A stretch of DNA of 60,480 bases, from assembly GCA_964577465.1 (NCBI GenBank), contig CAZNZF010000001.1, positions 1 through 60,480 on the forward strand. The letters are read 5' to 3'. The translations under genes and the position numbers were made by a program. This stretch comes from an uncultured bacterium (GTDB lineage: Bacteria > RBG-13-66-14). The notes under the pieces were generated by a model. The model was given only the letters and a program-made list of their open reading frames with translations. It did no database searches and was not told the DNA's origin. Numbering within the stretch: position 1 is the stretch's first letter; each line of letters starts with the position of its first letter. Shown here one piece after another: positions 33,894 through 40,907 of this stretch.

Positions 33894-34693
33894 CAGCTTT
33901 CCTTCAGGATGCGGTTGTCCTCGAGCCACTTGACGAAGATGGCGGCGGCCTCGCGGGCCGGGGCCTCCGTCATCTCCCCCCCGGAGGATACCGCAGAGGG
34001 GGTGAACACCCTTACCACCTGGGTGGGCGAGCCGGCCAGGCCGACCTCCTCCTCGCTCAAACCCAGTCTGTCGGCGTCCCAGACCGGAATCTCGGCGGTT
34101 TTGGCGCGACGGAGACCGCGCAGGCTGGGCAGCCGCGGCTCGTTGATGTCCTTGACCACGGAGACCACGGCCGGCAGCCGGGCCTCCAGCACCTCCCGCC
34201 CGTCCTCCAGCAGCCTCTGGACCTCTATTGCCCCGTCGTCGGGCCGGCCGATGCGGTCGATGTAGGTGAGCTGGGTCCAGCCGAGGCGCCGTGAGATACC
34301 GGGGCCGACCTGCCCCGTGTCGCCGTCTATGGCCTGCTTCCCGGCGAACACGAGGACCACCGCCGGTTCTAGCCGCTCTATGGCCCGGGCCAGGACGAAA
34401 CTGGTGGCCAGGGTGTCGGCTCCCGCGAAGGCGGGGTCGGACAGGAGCACCGCGTCGTCCACGCCCATGGCGATTGCGTCCCGGAGCACCGTCTCGGCCT
34501 GGGGAGGACCCATCGTCAGGGCGGTGACCTTGCCGCCGTAAGCGTCCCGGAGCTCGAGCGCCGCCTCCAGAGCGTAGAGGTCGAAGGGATTGGTGACGCT
34601 GGGCACACCCTCGCGGATGAGGGTGCCGCGCTTCGGGTCTATCCGGACCGTGGCGACGTCGGGGACCTGTTTGATGCAAACTACGTAATGCAT
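33893..34693 (-). CDS. etfB: Electron transfer flavoprotein beta subunit
   Basis: Start taken at MHYVVCIKQVPD (ATG at 34693), the canonical EtfB N-terminus. The upstream extension in the track ORF covers the repeat and promoter region. Confidence 0.9.
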   Translation of the reverse strand: MHYVVCIKQVPDVATVRIDPKRGTLIREGVPSVTNPFDLYALEAALELRDAYGGKVTALTMGPPQAETVLRDAIAMGVDDAVLLSDPAFAGADTLATSFVLARAIERLEPAVVLVFAGKQAIDGDTGQVGPGISRRLGWTQLTYIDRIGRPDDGAIEVQRLLEDGREVLEARLPAVVSVVKDINEPRLPSLRGLRRAKTAEIPVWDADRLGLSEEEVGLAGSPTQVVRVFTPSAVSSGGEMTEAPAREAAAIFVKWLEDNRILKES

Positions 34694-34754
34694 GTCAGGG
34701 CGTTCTGAAACCTTGTCTGATGGGGAAGTACGGCCGGCGGCATCGTCGGGAGTG

Positions 34755-34783
34755 ATAATAGCAGCGCCCCGGAAGCGGGTCAA
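34755..34783 (-). promoter_or_regulatory. Sigma70-type promoter for etfBA
   Basis: The minus strand reads TTGACC-N17-TATTAT, about 60 nt upstream of the etfB ATG. Confidence 0.45.
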
Positions 34784-34810
34784 GCCGCGCGGTGTAGGTT
34801 GCACCTCGCC

Positions 34811-34855
34811 GAACCGAGCGAACCGAGCGAACCGAGCTATGCCTTCGGCAAAACC
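34811..34855 (+). repeat. 9-mer tandem element, copy 2
   Basis: Three perfect copies of GAACCGAGC followed by TATGCCTTCGGCAAAACC. It sits between the divergent etf and EPS promoters. Confidence 0.7.
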
Positions 34856-34864
34856 GCCTGCATC

Positions 34865-34879
34865 TGGCACCGTTTTTGC
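34865..34879 (+). promoter_or_regulatory. Sigma54 (-24/-12) promoter upstream of the polysaccharide locus
   Basis: Exact TGGCAC-N5-TTGC (TGGCACcgtttTTGCg) in an intergenic region, oriented toward wza and about 270 nt upstream of it. A sigma54 EBP is encoded at 12111-13460. Confidence 0.65.
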
Positions 34880-35064
34880 GCACAACTACAATCACGGTCC
34901 GGCGCCCGGGAAAGCGCCACATTTTGTCACACCGGGAAACTTTTACGGCATCGCCGTGCCCGCCGGGGAGACGCCGCCCGGGATATTCACCAGCACGGTC
35001 TCGGACAGCCGATAACATGGGCTTTGGGAACGTCCCGCACGCGTGGCCGACCGCGTAGCACGCC

Positions 35065-35093
35065 TTGACCAGCCCCCATCCAAGGCGTATAAT
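35065..35093 (+). promoter_or_regulatory. Sigma70-type promoter proximal to wza
   Basis: TTGACC-N17-TATAAT lies about 45 nt upstream of the wza start. Confidence 0.5.
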
Positions 35094-35135
35094 CTCAACA
35101 AATAATGGAGGGGAAAACCCCGGGGACCATCGAAC

Positions 35136-35867
35136 GTGAACGCTGGAACGATGGGTCGAAAAATAACAGGCGTCGTCCTGCTGCTGCTGTCCGCCTGCCT
35201 GGCCGAGGCCGACGGGGAGCTCACCCTGGCCGACCGGTCCGTGGAGGTCGTGGAGGTCGAATACCCCACGCCCGAATTCATCGCCGAAACGACATACAGA
35301 ATCGGTGTGGACGACCTCCTGTCCATCACCATCGTCGGCCATCCCGAACTCTCCGGCTCTTACCACGTGGATCCCGAGGGGTATCTGAACCTCCCCTACC
35401 TGGAGGATTTCATCGCCGTGGGGTACACCCCCCACGAGCTGCGCAAGAAGCTGCTCGAGGAGTGGGCCCCCTATCTGGGCCACCCCCAGATAGGTCTCGA
35501 GGTCCAGGAGTATTCGAGCTGCAGGGTCTACGTGCTCGGCGAGGTGAAAGACCCCGGCCGCTACAACTACCGGGTGAGGCTGAGCCTGGTCGAGGCCCTG
35601 GCCGAAGCCAGCGGGTTCTGGGGCAATCCCGTGGAGAGCGAGGTAGCCATCATCCGTGTATTGCCGGACGTGACCCGCCTCTACCTGGTCGACGTGCGGG
35701 GCATCCTGGAGGAGGGTCGGGCGGCTCTCGACGTGCCGCTGGCCGCCGGGGACATCGTGTACGTCCCCCGCACTTTCATCGGCGACTGGAACGAATTCCT
35801 GAACAACATCGCCCCGACACTGCGCGCCGTATTCGACGCGAACCGACTTTACAACCTGAGCTGGTAG
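35136..35867 (+). CDS. wza: Polysaccharide export outer-membrane protein (Wza-like: Poly_export + SLBB)
   Basis: The 243-aa ORF has a signal/lipobox-like LLSAC, YRIGVDDLLSITIVGHPELSG (Poly_export motif), and SLBB-like RVYVLGEV..PG.Y and GDIVYVP. The start is GTG at 35136 or ATG at 35151. Confidence 0.85.
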   Translation: MNAGTMGRKITGVVLLLLSACLAEADGELTLADRSVEVVEVEYPTPEFIAETTYRIGVDDLLSITIVGHPELSGSYHVDPEGYLNLPYLEDFIAVGYTPHELRKKLLEEWAPYLGHPQIGLEVQEYSSCRVYVLGEVKDPGRYNYRVRLSLVEALAEASGFWGNPVESEVAIIRVLPDVTRLYLVDVRGILEEGRAALDVPLAAGDIVYVPRTFIGDWNEFLNNIAPTLRAVFDANRLYNLSW

Positions 35868-35868
35868 A

Positions 35869-38244
35869 GTGGAACAACCGACCAACCCAGGCCGTGGACG
35901 CGGCGCACCCAAGGTATCCGAATACCTCCTCGTACTGCGGAAGCGGAAGTGGATAATCATTTTCGCCGTGCTGATCTCGCTCACGATCGCCACCTACCAA
36001 TCCTACACAACTCCCCCGACCTACGTGGCGACGGCGTCCCTGGTTCTCGAGGCCTCGGGGCAGAACACCGATTTCCTGCAGGGCTTTTACTCGGCCTTCC
36101 AGCCGTTTCGCCTGGAGACCGAGCTCCAGATCATCTCGAGCCGTTCCATCTGCCTGGGCGTGGTCGAGCGGCTGAACCTCGCCTTCCATCCCCAGGAACA
36201 GCTCCCCGACGGCGTATTCTTCCAGGATCCCTTCGTCGAAGTAGGCTTCCCCGTCGGCCGGTACAGGGTGATCGAGAGCGAGACCGGCTTCTCGGTTCTC
36301 GACGACGCGCAAGACGCCATCGGTGAAGGTCTCTACGACCAGCCCTTCGTGTCGAACGACGGGCTTTTCGGCTTCACCCTCCACGACCCCGAGCCCCACC
36401 CCAAGCGAATCATCAGCATCAAGGCGACCAACCCCATCCAGGAAGCCGAGAGCATCCGCCATTCCATCAGCGTACAACAGGCCAGCGACTCAAACGCGTT
36501 CACCGTGAGCGTTTCCCATACGGACCCGAAGATGGTGGCCAGGCTGGCGAACACCGTCGCCGAGGTCTATGTGGATGAGAATCTTCGCTGGAAACAGGAG
36601 CGCGCCCGTAAGGCCCGAGAGTTCATCGGGCAGCAGATCGAGGTGGCCGAGGTCAAGCTGCGGCTGACCGAGGATCTCCTCAGGGAGTACAAGGAAGAGC
36701 TGGGCATCGTGTCCTTCACCGATGAGGCGAGGGAGATGATTAACCGCCTGAGCAACACCGAGGAGAGCAAGAGCAACCTGGAACGGGACCTCGCCGAGCT
36801 GGAGGGACAGAAAAGAACCGTCGAGAACTACCTGAATCGAGGCGAGATAGACCTCGACACGCTGATGGCCATCAGTTCCTGGCCCACGTTCCAAACTGAC
36901 CAGTTGTTGAGGGATTTCGTCCGGACGGCCGGGGAGCTCACGGTCGAAAAGCAGCAGCTGAAACAAACCTCCGGTCATCTAAACCCCAGGCTGGACGAGA
37001 TCGATGGAGAGCTGGACGCCCTCGAAAATGACATTGAGAATCGGCTCTCCTACATCATCGACTCCGGCGCCCTCGGCATCTCCATAGAAGGCGTCAAATC
37101 CAAGATCGAGGAAACGTCGAGCACCATCTCCGTGCTCACTTCGGAGCTCTCCATCATGCCGCGGGAGGAAATGGAGCTCTCCATCCGGGAGAGAAAGAGC
37201 GACGTCGCGTCGAAAATCCACTCGCTACTCCTCGAACGGTACGAGGAGGCCCGCATCAACGAGAGCATGGAAACGGGCGACGTCCGCATCATCGACCGGG
37301 CGATACGACCCGTGGGGCCGGTAAGCCCCAACCATGTTTCGGACCTTCTCCTCGGCCTGGCCATCGGCCTCATCATCGGAATCGGCCTGGCCATGATCGT
37401 CGAGATGAACGACACGACGGTGAAATCGGCCGATGAGGTTACGAACCTGACCGGGCTAACGCTGATCGGCACAATACCGAAAGCGACCGAGGAGTTCGAG
37501 GACCTCGGCAAGGGTCATCTGACAGTTTTAGAAAATCCCCGTTCCCCCATCGCGGAAACGTACCGCATCATCCGCACGAATATCCAATACTTCAGCATCG
37601 ACAAGCAGATCCGCGTCCTGTCCATTACGAGCCCCAGCAAGGGTGAAGGGAAGACAACGACCGCGGCGAACCTGGGCGTGTCCATCGCCCAGCAGGGTCA
37701 TAAAACCCTGTTGGTGGACACCGATCTGCGCAAGGCGAAGATGCACCGCTTCTTCAACATCCCCAACACCCCCGGCTTTACCGAGCTCATCCTCGGGGAC
37801 AGGACCGACGAGGAGGTCATCCGATCCACCCGTGTCGAAAACCTCTTCGTCCTCCCCTCGGGGCACCCGCCGCCCAATCCCTCCGAGCTCCTGTCCAGCC
37901 GCCGGACACAGGATATCCTCGAACGATTCCGCCAGGAGTACGACAAGGTGATCCTGGATACCTCCCCCGTCCTGGCGGTAACCGACCCCGCAATCCTGGG
38001 GACCCTGGTCGACGGAACCATCCTCATCGTCGAATCCGAGGTGAGCGAGGCCGAGGCCGTCAAGGAAGCGGTGAACCTCTTGAAAAACGCGCGGGCTCAG
38101 ATACTGGGCTTCGTTTTAAACAAAGTGGATCTCACCCGAACGTACAGATCGCACAGGTACTACCACTACTACTACTACCACGACGACGACGAGGCGGAGC
38201 GGTCCAAAGGTTCGATTTGGAAACGTTTCCGGGGCAAAAAGTAA
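35869..38244 (+). CDS. wzc: Polysaccharide co-polymerase / BY-family tyrosine autokinase (Wzc/GumC-like)
   Basis: Features of the 791-aa ORF:
- a Wzz-type N-domain with two TM helices and a long coiled-coil;
- Walker A SPSKGEGKTTTAANLG, Walker A' LLVDTDLRK and Walker B VILDTSP;
- a C-terminal Tyr cluster YRSHRYYHYYYYH. Confidence 0.88.
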   Translation: MEQPTNPGRGRGAPKVSEYLLVLRKRKWIIIFAVLISLTIATYQSYTTPPTYVATASLVLEASGQNTDFLQGFYSAFQPFRLETELQIISSRSICLGVVERLNLAFHPQEQLPDGVFFQDPFVEVGFPVGRYRVIESETGFSVLDDAQDAIGEGLYDQPFVSNDGLFGFTLHDPEPHPKRIISIKATNPIQEAESIRHSISVQQASDSNAFTVSVSHTDPKMVARLANTVAEVYVDENLRWKQERARKAREFIGQQIEVAEVKLRLTEDLLREYKEELGIVSFTDEAREMINRLSNTEESKSNLERDLAELEGQKRTVENYLNRGEIDLDTLMAISSWPTFQTDQLLRDFVRTAGELTVEKQQLKQTSGHLNPRLDEIDGELDALENDIENRLSYIIDSGALGISIEGVKSKIEETSSTISVLTSELSIMPREEMELSIRERKSDVASKIHSLLLERYEEARINESMETGDVRIIDRAIRPVGPVSPNHVSDLLLGLAIGLIIGIGLAMIVEMNDTTVKSADEVTNLTGLTLIGTIPKATEEFEDLGKGHLTVLENPRSPIAETYRIIRTNIQYFSIDKQIRVLSITSPSKGEGKTTTAANLGVSIAQQGHKTLLVDTDLRKAKMHRFFNIPNTPGFTELILGDRTDEEVIRSTRVENLFVLPSGHPPPNPSELLSSRRTQDILERFRQEYDKVILDTSPVLAVTDPAILGTLVDGTILIVESEVSEAEAVKEAVNLLKNARAQILGFVLNKVDLTRTYRSHRYYHYYYYHDDDEAERSKGSIWKRFRGKK

Positions 38245-39215
38245 CCCTATTCACCGCGCTGACGAGTCGAGATCCCAGCGATCTGGCTCGTCATATTATG
38301 GAGACGCCGGACGCCCTTGAATGGCTGAGGGAGGAGCGGCTCGCCCCGCTGGCGGATTGGAGGCTGGGCGGCGGGAGTTTGGCACAGGGCTTGCAAAAAG
38401 AAGTTCGTGCCTCCCTGAAGGAACAAAGGCGTCGAGAGGCTCGCTGGGAGTTGGTCCAAACCGCTCCGCTCCTGGACCTTCTGGCGGAAACGGCGACTCT
38501 GCAACCGCTGGCCCTCAAGGGGTTGGATTTCCGCGCACGGCTGTACCCACCCGCCACCAGGCCGGCGTCGGACATCGACATTTACGTAGAACGCGGGAAG
38601 ATGGGCCGGTTCGCCGAGGCGGCGGAAAAAACGGGCTGGAGGCTGGACACCCGGGGGAGGCTGGGGCGCAGGCTCTGGCGGCGTTGGAACCATCTCATCT
38701 GGGGCAAGGATCAGACCGTTCTGGAAGTTCACTACGCCCTCACGGCACCCGGGAGGTACAACGAGGATTTCAGGTTCGGGGAAAATCCCACCCCCCTGGA
38801 CCTGCACGGAGTAACGCTCTGGGTGCCATCCAGGGAGGACGCGACGCTCTTCTGCCTGGTCCACCTCTGCGGGAACCACTTCTTCGATTCACACCTCCTG
38901 TCGGTTTACGACATCTGGATGTTGTGTCCCGGCCTCGATTGGGGTAAACTCTACGCGAGTGCGCGCAAGGCGGGATTGGAACGGACGGTCTGTTTCGCGG
39001 TTGCATATCTGAGAGGCTACCCGACGCTGAGGGGGCTCGTCCCGCCCGGGGAACCGCTCCGGCCGGGTCGATTCGGGAAGGGATTCTTCGAAAAGAAACA
39101 TAAAAGGGTCCGGGCACGGTCCAGGCTGCTGGGGCTCTACCTCGCGGATCCGCCGATACGCTCTCTGACCTACGTTCTCGGCCACCTCGGCGAAAGGCTC
39201 GACATCTTCCGATGA
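38217..39215 (+). CDS. PF14907-like 'uncharacterised nucleotidyltransferase' family protein
   Basis: The 332-aa ORF has ...PLALKGLDFRARLYP....RPASDIDIYV.. matching the KG...R..xDiDllV core of NTP_transf_5. The TTG start at 38217 overlaps wzc by 28 nt and the start is uncertain (an ATG lies at 38298). Its stop overlaps the PqqD ATG (ATGA). Confidence 0.65.
   Translation: METFPGQKVTLFTALTSRDPSDLARHIMETPDALEWLREERLAPLADWRLGGGSLAQGLQKEVRASLKEQRRREARWELVQTAPLLDLLAETATLQPLALKGLDFRARLYPPATRPASDIDIYVERGKMGRFAEAAEKTGWRLDTRGRLGRRLWRRWNHLIWGKDQTVLEVHYALTAPGRYNEDFRFGENPTPLDLHGVTLWVPSREDATLFCLVHLCGNHFFDSHLLSVYDIWMLCPGLDWGKLYASARKAGLERTVCFAVAYLRGYPTLRGLVPPGEPLRPGRFGKGFFEKKHKRVRARSRLLGLYLADPPIRSLTYVLGHLGERLDIFR
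38380..38395 (+). promoter_or_regulatory. Exact sigma54 -24/-12 motif inside the nucleotidyltransferase ORF
   Basis: TGGCAC-N5-TTGCA (TGGCACagggcTTGCA), oriented toward the PqqD, radical SAM and peptide genes. It is intragenic, so function is unproven. Confidence 0.35.
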
Positions 39216-39496
39216 AAACGTACGATCCCGACGCGGTGCCCGTGAAAACGGGGCGGATACCCTCCCAGGAAGTGGATGGCGAGATATTCGCCATCACCCC
39301 CGAAGACGGGATGCTCCACAATTTCAACGAGGTCGGGAGCTTCATCTGGAATCTGATCGACGGGAAACGCAGCCTCGCCGACATCGAAGGCTCAATCATC
39401 GCGGAGTACGACGTGGAATCGAACCAGCTCAGGAACGATCTGACGACGTTCTTCAAGGCGCTCGGTGAAAAGGGTTTGGTGGGATACAAACGCTGA
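39212..39496 (+). CDS. PqqD-family peptide chaperone (RiPP recognition element)
   Basis: 94-aa ORF with the PqqD pattern ....QEVDGEIFAI.PEDGMLHNFNEVGSFIWNLIDGKRSL.DI...I..EYDV......NDL..F...L...GLV. Confidence 0.8.
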   Translation: MKTYDPDAVPVKTGRIPSQEVDGEIFAITPEDGMLHNFNEVGSFIWNLIDGKRSLADIEGSIIAEYDVESNQLRNDLTTFFKALGEKGLVGYKR

Positions 39497-39534
39497 CCTA
39501 CACCGCGCGATTCGTAAAGGCGGCTCTCGGCAGA

Positions 39535-40659
39535 ATGAACGACGGGGCCACAGAACCGAAAACCTTCGCGAAGCTCCGCTGGAAAACCTTCCAACGTCAT
39601 ATCCCCTACCTCGTCACCCTCGAGTTGACCTACCGCTGCAACCTCCGGTGCACTCACTGTTACCTGACGCCGGACGACCCCCACCGGGAGGAGATGCCGG
39701 TCGAGGACTGGCTCCGGACCATCCGCGAACTCACCGACCTGGGGGCGTTCTACGTGACCGTCACCGGTGGTGAACCGACTCTGTACCCGGGATTCTGGGA
39801 CATCCTGGAGGAGCTGCAACGGCGGGAAGCGGTGGTCCGCGTCTTCACCAACGCCACGACCCTGACCGGGGAGGATGTGGACCGCCTGGTCATGTGCGGG
39901 GTCCGCTACGTGGACATCTCCCTCCACGGACCCGACGCCGCTACGCACGAGGCCGTGACCCGCACTCCCGGCAGCTTCGACGCAACGGTTGCGGCGGTAA
40001 AAAGGCTCCGGGCCGCCGGGGTATTCGTCAATCTCAAGGGCAGTCTTTTAAAGTCGAATTACAGCGTGGTCAACGAGCTGGACCGGTACATGCTGTCGTT
40101 AGGAGGCCGCCCGCTCCTGAACATGAACATCACCCCGGCCAACGACGGCGGCACGGGACCGCTCGAAAAGGCGCTCGGTGCCGAGGAGCACTGCTTTATT
40201 CTCGATAACTACGAACGCTTGCGAAATGAACCACCGGATGGCGAGCCCCCGGAGAAAACGGAATGGCTGAGGGTCTTTCACGCCGTTTCCTGCACCGCCG
40301 GCTTCTCGACCCTGTCCGTCACACCCGACGGCGAGGTGTTTCCCTGCTTGCAATTGCGCGCCTCGATGGGAAACGTCCGGCGGAGCACATTGAGGAAAAT
40401 ATGGCATCATTCTCCACTTAACCTCTATCTGACTGGTATGTTCACACTCCCGATACCTGACTGCCGGGATTGTGAGCTTGCCTATGGTTGCATGCGCTGC
40501 CCCGGCCTGGCCCTCATCGAAACCGGCAGCCTCTGGAGGTCCTCGCCCAGCACCTGTCAGATGGCGCGCAATTACACATCAGCCCACACCAAACACCTTA
40601 CACGAGAAGGAAACGGAAATGAGCAAGAAGACTTACACATCGCCCAGCCTGACAAGTGA
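39535..40659 (+). CDS. Radical SAM / SPASM-domain peptide-modifying enzyme
   Basis: The 374-aa ORF has the CxxxCxxC motif in YRCNLRCTHCY and a GGEP motif (VTGGEPTL). The C-terminal SPASM Cys clusters are CTAG....V.PDGEVFPC and CRDCELAYGCMRCPG. Confidence 0.88.
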   Translation: MNDGATEPKTFAKLRWKTFQRHIPYLVTLELTYRCNLRCTHCYLTPDDPHREEMPVEDWLRTIRELTDLGAFYVTVTGGEPTLYPGFWDILEELQRREAVVRVFTNATTLTGEDVDRLVMCGVRYVDISLHGPDAATHEAVTRTPGSFDATVAAVKRLRAAGVFVNLKGSLLKSNYSVVNELDRYMLSLGGRPLLNMNITPANDGGTGPLEKALGAEEHCFILDNYERLRNEPPDGEPPEKTEWLRVFHAVSCTAGFSTLSVTPDGEVFPCLQLRASMGNVRRSTLRKIWHHSPLNLYLTGMFTLPIPDCRDCELAYGCMRCPGLALIETGSLWRSSPSTCQMARNYTSAHTKHLTREGNGNEQEDLHIAQPDK

Positions 40660-40795
40660 AAGAATCTTTCAGGAATCATCGGCGAGGTGTCTGTATGATA
40701 TTCAGGGTTCCGTAACAACTTGTAAGAAGAAAACGGGAGCGTGCTCATACAGCACTATTGAGGGTTATTGCACTATCTGGCCCTTCGATTCCTAG
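40619..40795 (+). CDS. Candidate RiPP precursor peptide (58 aa, 4 Cys)
   Basis: ATG at 40619 with GAAGGA 9-14 nt upstream. It overlaps the radical SAM 3' end by 41 nt. Sequence: MSKKTYTSPSLTSERIFQESSARCLYDIQGSVTTCKKKTGACSYSTIEGYCTIWPFDS. The stretch is AT-rich compared with its surroundings. It is visible only as the tail of track ORF 40472-40795. Confidence 0.55.
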   Translation: MSKKTYTSPSLTSERIFQESSARCLYDIQGSVTTCKKKTGACSYSTIEGYCTIWPFDS

Positions 40796-40907
40796 CGGGG
40801 GGATTGGACGCATTGGGGCGAATCAGGGCACTACCAGATCCCTTTAAACCAGAGAGGGCTGGATTAACCGAGACCTGAAAGCCGGGCTCATAGCGGAAGC
40901 GCTGCGC

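Noticed and set aside
34692-35015. A 107-aa plus-strand ORF covering the 9-mer repeats and the sigma54 promoter.
   Set aside because: It has no recognisable domain and low-complexity Pro/Ala/Gly content. It spans two promoter motifs and a divergent promoter, so it is more plausibly non-coding regulatory DNA. Its MPSAK start only mirrors the repeat shared with 7889.
38143-38193. A TAC/CAC/GAC triplet microsatellite at the 3' end of wzc.
   Set aside because: It encodes the C-terminal tyrosine cluster (YYHYYYYHDDDE) expected for a BY-kinase autophosphorylation tail. It is not an independent repeat element.
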